A stretch of 64,000 nucleotides of DNA from NCBI GenBank assembly GCA_052327205.1, contig CM126212.1, positions 95,728,001 through 95,792,000 of the forward strand, read 5' to 3'. The notes beneath the pieces were generated by a model. That model did not search any database. It saw only the letters and a list, made by a program, of their open reading frames with translations, and had not been told where the DNA came from. This document shows positions 39,735-51,997 of this stretch, one piece after another. The DNA comes from Somniosus microcephalus (Eukaryota). A program made the translations under genes and the position numbers. The first letter of the stretch is position 1. Every line of letters begins with the position of its first letter.

Positions 39735-40120
39735 CTCAAGATTTTCTAAACTCAAGGGCTAACAAGCCAAGTTTATGCAACCTGTCTTCATAATTTAACT
39801 CCTTAAGCCCTGGTATCATTCTTGTGAATCTGAGGGAAAGGTCATCGATGAATTTGACAGTAAGGATGAGGATATTAAATTCAATGTGTTGGAAGACAGA
39901 ACTATGGTGAGTCAGCAAGGACCGAGTCCAGGGCAGGATATGAACAGTTGAGTTTTGGATAAGTTGGAGTTCACACAGGGCAGAGAATCAGAGGCCAACA
40001 ACGGGAAACATTAGAGAAATCGAGCCTAGATGTGAGAAAAGCCTGGATAAGGGAACAGGAGCCCAAAAGTTTCACGGCCTGGTTCAGCCTGCCTGAGAGG
40101 CTGGGAATGGGCAGTGAGCA
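39735..40120 (-). mobile_element. Old LINE fragments (a CR1 piece abutting an L2-like piece)
   Basis: RFTRMIPGLKELNYEDRLHKLGL is CR1-like; the adjacent IEFNILILTVK is L2-like. Both degenerate. Confidence 0.55.
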
Positions 40121-40477
40121 AGTGCAGGCAATGTCTGCCCTACTGGAAGGGGGTTAGGGAAACTACAGTACTGTAGTTCTTTCTTAATAGGGCTCTTTTA
40201 CCTTAAGTATGGAAGCTGGGGTAACCCTGCCTCTTAATAATATTCCCTTGTTTTTCTTTCATTGGACAGCAAAGGGAGAAAAACAGCTTTCAATCTCATC
40301 TCAGCTGACATCCCAGGTCAGACAGTTTGCAGGTGGAGGCTCTAAAACCCAGAGTGGCAGGTCTACTGACAGCCACATGTGAAGGGGAGGTGGATTACTC
40401 CAGGCTTCCCAAGCCATGTTACAGGTACCACTAACCTAGCCTTTTCTTTAAAGCGTGTCAGTTTTTGGCACAAAAAT

Positions 40478-40483
40478 TTTATT
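40478..40483 (-). promoter_or_regulatory. Candidate polyadenylation signal for bhlha15
   Basis: AATAAA on the minus strand followed by a T/GT-rich tract. A second AATAAA lies at 40657-40662. Inference only. Confidence 0.3.
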
Positions 40484-40849
40484 GCATTCCCAATAAGAAA
40501 GTCACATTGGCCAGAACACCAAAAATGCACACTATTTAAAAAAAAGTTAAATTCGATAATGTAATTTTTTTTTTTTTTTTTTTAAATGACCAGTTCCCCC
40601 AATTAAAGTGTTCAAGTAAAAATATATTAAATATCTGTACCTTCAAACAGGTCTTTTTTATTTTACTTTACCCATCGCACACATAACAGAGCAAGGTGGT
40701 GCCGGGCAGCACATTACTTAATTGATGCCACATTTTGTGGAAATGCATCGAACACATTTCCTGCAGCAATCTTTGGGATATCACAGTTTGAGAAAAAACA
40801 TGGAGGTGGTTTTGACTGTGGCATCAGTGAGGCGGAGACTGAAATGGTC

Positions 40850-41075
40850 ATAAGAACATAAGAATTAGGAGCAGGAGTCGGCCATACGGCCCCTCGAGCC
40901 TGCTCCTCCATTCAGTAAGATCATGGCTGATCTTCGACCTCATCTCCACTTTCCCGTCTGATCCCCATATCCCTTGATTCCCCATGAGTCCAAAAATCTA
41001 TTTATCTCAGCCTTGAATATACTCAACGACTGAGCATCCACAGCCCCCAGGGGCAGAGAATTCCAAAGAATTTCC
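40850..41075 (-). mobile_element. CR1 LINE 3' end
   Basis: cataagaacataagaattaggagcaggagtcggcc tail, homologous to 35870-36085. Confidence 0.85.
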
Positions 41076-43325
41076 TGAGGGTGTGCAAAATATAGACATT
41101 TTGCTTTTAACCTGTAAGCTTTCAGTTATTAATTGTTGCAATACTGTTAAAAACAGTTGCACAGGTAACTTCAAAATGACCCTGCTCACCAATTTTTTTA
41201 AAGTATAATTATGGAATAGATCTACTCCAGACTGGCGTACTCAACGAGCTGTATCGCACAATACCTGGGTATTGGGATCAACCTACAGGTTGCCTTGGGC
41301 CAGCCTCCCTGATCACGTGCCATTTCTAAGTAGCAGTAGCAAATTACAAGCGCAATAGCAGGTGGCAATTACTGCGTTCAGGAGGGGGAGGGGGGGATCC
41401 CGACAAAACCCTAAACCGCAAGACTTGAAACCATGATCTAAACCCGAGACGACATAAGCTGTCAGTTTCATTCCCGACACCATAATGGACGTTACCACCC
41501 AGGCTACCCTCTGCAGTTAAAAGATTATCAATTGTCATTTATGCTAAGTTGCTGATTAGCAGAAAATAACCCAGGCATGGGGAGCCTCTATTTAATTTGG
41601 CAAAGGCCATTATGATTCAGAACTATCAGTAAATTCTACCCCACGGTCTGGTTAGGCATGTAGCTCTGTACAAATGGAGTGCTAGGACTACTTTGAGATC
41701 AACCAAAAGAACAGCACTGGACTTTGTACCGTCTAAACAAGTCACTGCAGGTACTCATTCTTTAAGAGGAGGGCACCACTAATGCACACACGGTCTATTT
41801 CAACTGATGTATTTACAAAGATAAAGTGAAACTAAATCATGGTCTGTTTCGCCTCGTCAATAATACACCCGGACATTCTGCGCTGCCCACCGATGGTGAA
41901 TAGTCTCAACTTTACCGGCAGACACCGCGTGATCCCTTTCCAAGGCCACCCGGGCACGCACAACAACGTAGGACAGAGGCAGGCACAGCACCCCTGTGGA
42001 TCCCATGCATCCTGCACCTGTGGGTGGCTATTTTTGGCCAGGCTCAGAAGATCAACTGGAAGGTCCTCCTACTTGCCTGTCGTCCCTCCACCCAACGTCC
42101 CAGGGTGGAAAAGATCATAGCTTAGGGCTGAAGTGGAACCAGAAATCTAAGAGCAGTCCCTTTAAATAACACCCTTACATCCCAGATATACATGATAAAC
42201 AGTTTGCTCTAGCCCACCGAATTAAGTGGTAGGCGTGCATTTAAAACAGATAGAATTTTTTTAATATACAATCATCTAAAATGCCCTGGTTTAGTTCTGT
42301 GCTGATAGTTTTAAGACCTTACTTGCAATGCTACCTCTTGCCCTTCTTACATAATAAGCAGCCCGGGAGGAAGACTACCTCTAGGTGCTAGTTCTAGTGA
42401 CATTTTCTCAAGAATGATTTCACCAGAAAAAGCAGCTTCTCATGTTTACCGTGTTCCTGACTTATCAACCGGAGGAAGGCTCACCATCTGATGGCTTGTA
42501 TGAACCGAGATCCAGGAGGACCCATGAACATGAGATACACCACAAGGCATAGGAGACACGTGCAAGGGTTGGACCTTGTAGGGATTAGAGGTTTGAGCTC
42601 CTTAACTACCTGTAACAACAGCAGGGAAGTTATTTACCAAATGTCTGCGATAATGAGGTGGTGCTGCATTTCTTATAAATTAGAAAACTTGAACTACAAC
42701 TGTAAGTATTCAAATAAAACATAGTAATAAAAATATACATGAAAAGAAAACACCTCATTCATTTAAAAAAAATTCATGCTGAATCTCCCAGGTGTGCTGG
42801 CACAAGCATTGGTCCCTGGGGCCTCATTTCTGCACACTTCTAGTTCTGGATAAACCCCCTCCTGTCATTGTCCACTGGCCGATTTTAGCTCCTCAATTAC
42901 AGCCTCTTGTCTCTGCAGCATCAATTAGCATCACAAGGCGGAGGTCAGCAGCTGCACAACATACTTTGTAACAAAAAAAACCTGTTCTTTGTAGAAGTAC
43001 AGTCACATTTTTAGTGTCACCGGAACACTTGCTGAAGGCCCAGGAAGGCACTGTAGGGGTTCCTTTTCAATAATTGACACACGTCGAGAGCTTTGTAGAA
43101 GGTCTGGGTCACCTCTTCTGCAATAGAAGGCCTCCCATCGGTCACATTGGATTCACATTGGCAGCAGAGAGAACCTTGGCAAAAAAAAAGCAACCCTTCT
43201 TTGAAGAGATTCAATGGAGTAAGGCCCAATGATAGGGTCGATTGTCAACAGTCTGTTTGGAAGGCGTAGACTTGATGGGGTTGGTGGTGGTTGGTAGGGA
43301 GCACCAAATTAGGCATCTTCTGGCT

Positions 43326-43928
43326 TCACGCTCGGATGGAGTTGTCCTTGGGGGCGAGATGATGACGGCGGCGGCGGAGGGGGCGCAAGGGTGGGCCGGA
43401 GTCGTTGGTGGGTTGGTCCTGACTGGCAGGAGGCGGTGGCGGGGGGAGGTTGGGTGCCGCTGGCGGGTGCTCCTTGGTCATGCCCAGGATGATGGAGGTG
43501 AGGGACTTGATGTAGTTCTTGGCCAGGGTGAGGGTCTCGATCTTGGAGAGCTTCCTGTCCGCCTCCACGTGGGGGATGACCTCCCGCAGCGCCTGGAAGG
43601 CGTTGTTGAGGTTGTGCATGCGCTGGCGCTCACGCTCGTTGCTCTCAATCCGGCGCAGGTTGCGCTCCCGTGCGTTGGGCGCGTGCCCCCTGCGCCTGCT
43701 GCTCATGCCCACGCCCCCAATACAGCCGCTCCCGCTGCTGCCACTGGCCACACTCACCGTGCAGCCACCGTACCTGCGCACCCCGCGGGGCCGCGCCCGG
43801 CCCCTCACCTGGCAGCAGCTATCGCGCTGGCTGCAGGTGGCCTCGGCCCCCAGGTGCAGCTCCATCTCCGGGGAGTCACCTCCTCCTCCGCCGCCACCGC
43901 GGAATCTGCCTTTTATCTTAGATTTCAT
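43326..43928 (-). CDS. bhlha15: Class A bHLH transcription factor 15 (MIST1), 200 aa, single coding exon
   Basis: bHLH domain [53 protein letters not shown] is nearly identical to recalled MIST1. The start MKSK resembles mammalian MKTK. CpG-rich, with a splice acceptor (ttttgtag) at 44018-44019 and LMTK2 upstream on the same strand. Confidence 0.93.
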   Translation of the reverse strand: MKSKIKGRFRGGGGGGGDSPEMELHLGAEATCSQRDSCCQVRGRARPRGVRRYGGCTVSVASGSSGSGCIGGVGMSSRRRGHAPNARERNLRRIESNERERQRMHNLNNAFQALREVIPHVEADRKLSKIETLTLAKNYIKSLTSIILGMTKEHPPAAPNLPPPPPPASQDQPTNDSGPPLRPLRRRRHHLAPKDNSIRA

Positions 43929-43975
43929 CCTCTCAGCCCCTGCTTCTTTACGCCGCTTCTCCGCCGAAGATGCAT
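43925..43975 (-). promoter_or_regulatory. Upstream ORF (16 aa, [16 protein letters not shown]) whose TGA overlaps the bhlha15 ATG
   Basis: Read directly on the minus strand: gcgATGCATCTT...AGAGGATGAAATCT. It lies inside the predicted exon, which starts at 44017. Confidence 0.6.
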
Positions 43976-44568
43976 CGCCCGTCAGCCGGTGGCAACCGTC
44001 CAAGGCGTCGGAAACGGCTACAAAACAAAAATACAAAACAAATGCAAATGGGTGCCGAACTACAAAGCAAAAAGTTAGGGACAGAAAAGTTAAACATTTG
44101 AAGTTTAAATCACTATTAACCTGGCCTCTCCATGCGATATAGAAAAAAGATAGCATTTAGGAAATCCAGGTTATTTGCAGGATCACCAACCCCAAGACAC
44201 TGAGGAATGCAACTTAAAATAGATTAAAATATCTCTTTGCTCGATACTTGCATTAAGCCCCACTGCGAAGACCTTATTCTCTAATTTCAAGATAGATTTT
44301 TATAATGAGTACCCAAAACCAAATATGCACCTTCTATCTTCATTTAAATCTAATTTACACGCGTTTAAAATATAATTCTATAATTCTTCCCCGTAACGAT
44401 TCAACAGTTGAGAGATGGACCAATCCAGAGTTTTAAAGGTTGAACCGATTTTACCGACAGGTGCAGAAACAGGTCAATTGCAACAACTTGATCATCGGCA
44501 ACACCGGGGACTAAATGCATCTTTAGCACAGTGTAGATCTTTGAAAACAATCATTGTTTTTAACCTAC

Positions 44569-44900
44569 CTGCGGCAAGGATGGGGGAATATACGGATGAG
44601 AGAGAAATAAAAACACAAAATGTGAATGGATTGGCATCGGTGGACTAGAGTGTCTGTCCCGCAGGCTCCGTTTTGTACACGTACACATTTAGTCTCTTCC
44701 AATGGGAGAGCGGAGGGGCGGATTCCCGGCCCGCAAACAGGATCCGAGTTCCTCCTGCACCGTGACTCGAGTCCAGCTCTGCCTCAATCCGGCCACTATC
44801 CACTTGCTTCGTCGCTTTAACAACCAACTTCGGCTCAGCTGTTGCTGCTCCAAGTCGTCGACATAACTAACCTGCCGCAGGTTTGGTCGAGGGGTGAAGC
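44569..44900 (-). promoter_or_regulatory. Candidate bhlha15 promoter / non-coding first exon
   Basis: Locally CpG-rich, with a GC box (GAGGGGCGG, ~44713), CCAAT (44699-44703) and CAG|GTAGGT at 44569/44568, which would give a 551-bp intron to the 44018 acceptor. Confidence 0.35.
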
Positions 44901-45094
44901 CCAGCTCTGCCCGCTCAGGTGGACATTAAAGATCCCACACAACCCCATCTGAAGATCATGGTTTTACACTGAATTTACAGCACAACAACAAGGTCATTCG
45001 GCCCAACTAGTCAGCTCCACAGGACCCCCTTCGTCTCACCCTATCAGCATAGCCTTCTGTTCCTTTCTTCCTCGTGTGCTTATCTAACTTGGAA

Positions 45095-45429
45095 CCATAG
45101 AATGGTTATGGCACAACAGGAGGTGGCCATTCGGTCCGTTGAGCCCATGCCGGCTCTCTGCAAGAGCACTTCAGCTAGTCCCACTCCCCCCTATCCCTGC
45201 AAATTTTGTTTCTTCAGGTACTTATCCAATTCCCTTCTGAAAGCCATGATCGAGTCTGCCTCCACCACCCTTTCAGGCAGTGTATTTCAGATCTTAACCA
45301 CTCTCTGCATAAAAAAGGTTTTCCTCAGGTGGCCTTTGGTTCTGCTGCTAATCACCTTAAATCTGTGTCCTCTGGTTCTCAACCCTTCCACCAATGGGAA
45401 CAGTTTCTCTCGATCTACTTTGTCCAGAC
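45095..45429 (-). mobile_element. 3' end of a minus-strand CR1 (continues at 47862)
   Basis: Tail aaccatagaatggtt and CR1 3'UTR. Stops at tgtccagac and resumes at ctcatgattttgaacacc. Confidence 0.85.
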
Positions 45430-47863
45430 ATAGAGTGTATTAGGGACGGGTTCCTTGAGCAGTATGTAACTGAACCAACCAGGGGGCAGGCAATCTTAGA
45501 TCTGGTCCTGTGTAATTTGACAGGATTAATAAAAAATGTCCTAGTAAAGGATCCCCTTGGAATGAGTGACCATAATATGGTTGAATTCCAAATTCAGTTT
45601 GAGGGTGAGAGAGTTGGATCTCAAACCAGCGTACTAAGCTTAAATAAAGGAGACTATGAAGGTATGAGAGTAGAATTGACTAAAGTGGACTGGGAAAACA
45701 GATTAAAGTGTAAGACGGTACAAGAGCAGTGGTCTACATTCAAGGAGATATTTCACATCTTTCAAGATAAATATATTCCACTGAGGAAAAAGGGGAGGAA
45801 AAGAAAAGACAGCCATCCGTGGCTTAGTAAAGTAATAAAGGATAGTATTCGACTGAAAACAAGGGCATATAAATTAGCCAAATCTAGTGGGAGGATAGAA
45901 GATTGGGAAGCATTTAAAAGCCAGCAAACAATAACTAAAAGATTAATTAAGAAAGGGAAGATAGATTATGAAAGTAAACTAGCAAAAAATATAAAAACAG
46001 ATAGCAAGAGTTTCTACAGCTATATAAAAAGAAAAAGGGTGGCTAAAGTGAACGTTGGTCCCTTAGAGGATGGGACCGGGAAACTAGTGGTGGGGAACAT
46101 GGAGATGGCAAAGATGCTGAACAAATATTTTGTATCAGTCTTTACAGTAGAGGACACTAAAAATATCCCAACACTGGACAAACAGGGGGCAATGGGGGGG
46201 GGGGGGGGCGGGAGGAGCTAAACACAATTAAAATCACTAAGGAGATGGTACTCAGTAAAATAATGGGACTTAAGGCGGATAAATCCCCCGGACCTGATGG
46301 CCTACATCCTAGGGTCTTGCGAGAAGTGCGGTAGGGATTGTGGATGCATTGGTGATCATTTTCCAGAACTCCCTGGACTCAGGAAAGGTCGCCCGGCCGA
46401 TTGGAAAACTGCTAATGTAACACCCTTATTTAAGAAGGGAAGTAGACAAAAAGCTGGAAACTATAGACCAGTTAGCCTAACATCTGTGGTTGGCAAAATG
46501 TTGGAGTCCATTATTAAGGAAACAGTAACAGAGCATTTGGATAAACATAATTTAATAGGACAGAGTCAGCATGGTTTTACGAAGGGGAAGTCACGTTTGA
46601 CAAATTTGCTCGAATTCTTTGAGGATGTAACATACAGGGTGGATAAAGGGGAACCAGTGGATGTAGTGTATTTGGACTTCCAAAAGGCATTTGACAAGGT
46701 TCCACACAAAAGATTACTGATCAAGATAAAAAATCACAGGATTGGGGGTAATATACTGGCATGGGTGGAAGATTGGCTATCGAACAGAAAACAAAGAGTT
46801 GGGATAAATGGTTCGTTCTCGGGCTGGCAATCAGTAACTAGTGGTGTTCCGCAGGGGTCAGTGCTGGGACCCCAACTCTTTACAATCTATATTAACGATT
46901 TGGAGGAAGGGACCGAGTGCAACATATCCAAGTTTGCCGACGATACAAAGATGGGAGGGAAAGCAGTGAGTGAGGAGGACATAAAAAACCTGCAAAAGGA
47001 CATAGACAGGCTAAGTGAGTGGGCAGAGATTTGGCAGATGCAATATAATGTTGGAAAGTATGAGGTTATGCACTTTGGCAGAAAAAATCAAAGAGCAAGT
47101 TATTATCTAAATGGAGAGAAACTGCAAAGTGCTACAGTACAAAGGGATCTGGGGGTCCTGGTGCCTGAAACACAAAAAGTTAGTATGCAGGTGCAGCAGG
47201 TGATCAGGAAGGCCAATGGAATCTTGGCTTTTATTGCAAGGGGGATGGAGTATAAAAACAGGGAAGTCTTGCTGCAGTTATACAGGGTATTGGTGAGGCC
47301 ACACCTGGAATACTGCGTGCAGTTTTGGTTTCCATATTTAAGAAAAGATATACTTGCTCTCGAGGCGGTTCAGAGAAGGTTCACTCGGCTGATTCCAGAG
47401 ATGAGGGGGTTGACGTATGGGGAAAGGTTGAGTAGGTTGGGACTCTACTCATTGGAGTTCAGAAGAATGAGAGGCGATCTTATCAAAACATATAAGATTG
47501 TGAGGGGGCTTGATCGGGTGGATGCAGTGAGGATGTTTCCACTGATGGGTGAGATTAGAACTAGGGGGCATAATCTTAGAATAAGGGGCTGCCCTTTCAA
47601 AACTGAGATGAGGAGAAACTTCTTCACTCAGAGGGTAGTAAATCTATGGAATTTGCTACCCCAGAGAGCTGTGGAAGCTGCAACATTAAATAAATTTAAA
47701 ATGGAGATAGACATTTTCCTAGCAGATAAGGGAATTAGGGGTTACGGGGAGAGAGCAGGGAAGTGGATGTGAGTCTAGATTCAGATCAGCCATGATCCTA
47801 TTGAATGGCGGAGCAGGCCTGAGGGGCCGTATGGCCTACTCCTGCTCCTATTTCTTATGTTCT
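45430..47863 (+). mobile_element. Young 5'-truncated CR1 LINE (ORF2 from the endonuclease C-terminus through RT, plus 3'UTR)
   Basis: ORFs of 275 aa and 491 aa with [43 protein letters not shown] and FADD. Frameshifts around 46194-46395; tail ttcttatgtt. Confidence 0.95.
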
Positions 47864-50800
47864 CATGATTTTGAACACCTCTATCAAATCTTGTCTCAAC
47901 CTTCTCTGCTTTAAGGAGAACAACCCCAGCTTCTCCAGTCTATCCACGTAACTGAAGTCCTTCATCCCTGGAACCATTCTTGTAAATCTTTTCTGCACCC
48001 TCTCTTAAGGCCTTCACATCCTTCCTAAAGTGCAGTGCCCAGAATTGGACACAGTACTCCAGTTGAGGTCAAACCAGTGTTTTATAAAGGTTCATCATAA
48101 CTTCCTTGCTTTTGCATTCTATGCCTCTATTTATGAAGCCTAGGATCCCGTATGGTTTTTTAACCGCTTTCTCAACCTGCCCTGCCACCTTCAATGATTT
48201 GTGAACATATACCCAGGGATCTCTCTGTTCATGCACCCCCTTTAGAATTGTACCCTTTAGTTTATATTGCCTCTCCTCGTTCTTCCAACCAAAATGTATC
48301 ACTTCGCACTTTTCTGCATTCAATTTCATCTGCCACAAGTCTGCCCATTCCACCAGCCTGTCTATGTCCTTTTAAAGTCTATCACTATCCTCCTCACTGT
48401 TCACAATACTTCCAAGTTTTGTGTCATCTACAAATTTTGAAATAGTGCCCTGTACAGCCACATCTAAATCATTAATATATACAGTATCAAGAAAAGCACT
48501 GGTCCTAGAACCGACCCCTGGGGAACACCACTGTATACATTCATCCAGTCTGAAAAACAACCGTTCACCATTACTCTCTGTTTCCTGTCACTGAGCCAAT
48601 TTCGTATCCATGCTGCCACTGTCCCTTTTAGACCATGGGCTTCAACTTTGCTGGCAAGCCTATTATGTGGCACTTTATCAACGCCTTTTGGAAATCCATG
48701 TACACCACATCAACCGCATTGCCCTCATCAACCCTCTCTGTTACCTCATCAAAAAACTCAATCAAGTTAGTTAAACATGATTTGCCTTTAACAAATCCGT
48801 GTTGGCTTTCCTTAATTAATCCACACTTGGCCAAGTGACTGTTAATTTTATCCCTGATTATTGTTTTTAAAAGCTTCCCCACTACCGAGGTTAAACTGAC
48901 CGACCTGTAGTTGCTGGATTTATCTTTACACCTTTTCAACAAGGGTGTAACATTTGCAATTCTCCAGTCCTCTGGCACCACTCCCGTTTCTAAGGAGGAT
49001 TGGAAGATTATGGCCAGTACCTCCGCGATTTCTTCCTTCACTTCCCTCAGCATCCTAGGATGCATCCCATCTGGTCCTGGTGACTTATCCACTTTAAGTA
49101 CAGCCAGCCTTTCTAGTACTTCCTCTATCAATTCTTATCGCATCCAGTATCTCCTCTACCTCCTCCTTCACTATGTCTATGGCAGCATCTTCTTCCTTGG
49201 TGAAGACAGATGCAAAGTACACATTTAGTACCTCAGCCATACCCTCTGCCTCCATGCGTAGGTCTCCTTTTTGGTCCCTAATCGGCCCCACCCCTCCTTT
49301 TACTACTCTTTTACTATTTATATGCCTATAGAAGCCTTTTGGATTACCTTTTATGTTAGCTGCCATTCTATTCTCATACCCTCTCTTTGCCCCTGTTATT
49401 TTCTTTTTCACTTCTCTGAACTTTCTATATATAGCCTGATTCTCAGATGTATTCGCAACCTGACATCTGTCATACGCGCTCTTTTTCTGCTTCATCTTAC
49501 TCTCTATCTCTTTCGTCATCCCGGGAGCTCTGACTTTAGTTGGCCTACCTTTCCCCCTAATGAGAATGTACCTCGACTGTACCCAAACTAATTTCCTCTT
49601 TAAAGACAGCCCATTGTTCCACTACAGTTTTGCCTGCCAATCTTTGATTCCAATTTACCCGGGCCAGATCCGTTCTCATCCCATTGAAATTTATTTGCTT
49701 TCCTCCAATTAAGTATTTTTACTCTAGATTGCTCCCTGTCCTTTTCCATAGCTAATCTAAATCTTATGTTACTATGATCGCTGTTCCCTAAATGTTCCCC
49801 TACTGACACTTGCTCCACTTATCCCACCTCATTCCCCAGAACTAGATCAAGCAATGCCTCCTCCCTCATTGGGCCGGAAACATACTGATCAAGAACGTTC
49901 TCCTGAACACACTTCAGAAATTCTTCCCCCCTCTGCCCTTTACACTATTACTATCCCAGTCCATATTAGGATAGTTGAAGTCCCCCATTATCACTACTCT
50001 ATAGTTCTTGTATCTCTCTCAGTAATTTCTCTGCAAATTTGCTCCTCTATATCCTTTCCACAAGTTGGTGGTCTACAGAATACACCTACTAGTGTAATGG
50101 CACCTCTACTGTTGCTCAACTCTAACCAAATAGATTCTGTCCTTGACCCAGGACATCCTCTCCCTCTCCAGCACTGTAATATTCTCCTTAACCAATACCA
50201 CCTCCTATCTTTCCTGAACATCTGATATCCAGGAATATTTAATACCCAATCCTGCCCTTTTTTGAGCCAGGTCTCAGTCATTGCTACGACATCATATTCC
50301 CATGTGTCTATTTGCGCCTGCAGCTCACCAACCTTATTTACTATGCTTCGTGCGTTCACATACATACACTGTAAACCCATCTTAGACCATCCTGTGTTCG
50401 CTCTTAGTCTGACCCCACCTAATACCTTACTATTTATTACTTTAGTGCCATCCGTCTCTCTCAATCCTTTGTGCCCTTTATTTCCCCTTTCTAATGCTAC
50501 ATCCTGGTGCCCATCCCCCTGCCAACTTAGTTTAAACCCTCTCCAACAACACTAGCAAACCTCCCGCGAGGATATTGGTCCCGGCTCTATTGAGGTGCAA
50601 CCAGTCAGGCCTGTACAGGTCCCACATTCCCCCAGAACCGGCCCCAATGTTCCAGGAATCTGAAGCCCTCCCTCCTGTACCATCTCGCCAGCCAGGCATT
50701 CATCTGCGCTATCCTCCTCTATCTATACTCACTCGTGCGTGGCACAGGGAGTAATCCAGAGATTACTACCTTCGAGGTCCTATATTTTAATCTCTTTCCG

Positions 50801-51480
50801 AGCTCCCTAAAATCTGCCTGCAGGACCTCATCCCTCTTTCTACCTGTCATTGGTACCAATATGAACCATGACCTCTGACTGTTCACTCTCCCCCCCTCTG
50901 CAGCCGTTCAGTGACATCCTTGACCCTGGCACCAGGGAGGCAACATACCATCCTGGAGTCACGTCTGCGGCTGCAGAAACACCCGTTTGCTCCCCTATCG
51001 AATCCCCTACCACTATTGCTTTCTCTATCTCCCTGCACATATGGTTGTCCAGGAAACAGGAAGGGTCCTGAGTTCCCACATGCCACAAGATGTGTATTCC
51101 ATGGGACTGAGGTGCCCTGCCATGCCTCTATTTAACAGACTATTAATTAACTTAACAGAAATAAACTTAAGACTAAAAGTCTTAAAAGTCGAGCCTACCT
51201 TTATCTCCAGTCACTCCTCTTGCTCTCAAAGTCTTTATTCAAATGATTTATAGTTATATTAATTAGTTTATCTAGTTGTTATTAATTTAATAAAGTAAGT
51301 TATAGTTTTCCTGCTCTTAGATTAAGCCACTGTCCTAGTTTAGAGAGGAAAAAAAATCACGTTAATACTCACCAACCAATCACCTACCTGCTTTCTCTGT
51401 GATGTCACTCCTCTTTTTTGCTGCTGTTTTAGAATTTGCTGGACTTCTACTGCCGCCTCCTTCCAGGTCCGCACTGCCTT
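47862..51480 (-). mobile_element. Decayed CR1 LINE body (ORF2, ORF1 esterase, probable 5'UTR)
   Basis: IVVGDS, CCLPGARVKDV, HIGTND; YVNARS, AMTETWL; [28 protein letters not shown], broken across several frames. Confidence 0.88.
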
Positions 51481-51519
51481 GGCCTCACTCTCCTTATTCT
51501 CTGCCTCCTCCTATGCAGA

Positions 51520-51990
51520 CTCCTTCCAGCTTCCCCTTAAATGCATCTATGTTATTCCACTCAGCCACTCCCTGTGGTAGCGAGTTTCACATTCTCACCA
51601 CTCTCTGGGTAAGGAATTTTCTCCTGAATTCCTATTGGATTGATTAGTGACTATTTTATATTTATAGCCCCTAGTTTTGATCTCCCCCACAAGTGGAAAC
51701 ATCTTCATAATTTTGAAGACCTTCATCTGGTCACCCCTCAGCCTTCTCTTAGGCCCAGTCTGTTCAGTCTTTCCTGAAATACATCAATCTTTGTAAATCT
51801 TTTTTGCACCTTCTCCAGTGCCTCTATATCTGAAGATCAGGGAGTTTTTCTAGGCAATATGCCAGTGTCATTGCTGCATTAGAACAACTTGGCTGGAGAT
51901 GAGCTAGGTCTGGTAGGCAGGTCTTCAGCACTGCAACCAGGATGTTGTCAGGGCTCACAGCCTTTTATATCCAGTGCAATCAGCCACTTC
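51520..51990 (-). mobile_element. Degenerate LINE fragments (CR1 3' part and an older RT-region piece)
   Basis: tccctgtggtagcgagtttcacattctcaccactctctggg is CR1-like. Minus-strand 51860-51990 gives traces of S-P-D-N-I...LKTC. Confidence 0.5.
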
Positions 51991-51997
51991 TTCAGAC

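Noticed and set aside
43242-44142. Plus-strand ORFs of 278 and 207 aa
   Set aside because: Antisense shadows of a GC-rich CDS with no recognisable domain.
43929-44156. 76-aa N-terminal extension of the bHLH ORF (276-aa call)
   Set aside because: It crosses a pyrimidine tract and the splice acceptor at 44018-44019. MKSK at 43928 matches the known MIST1 start.
45394-47772. Active autonomous LINE or domesticated RT gene
   Set aside because: 5'-truncated (no ORF1 and most of the endonuclease missing), with about three frameshifts before the RT domain.
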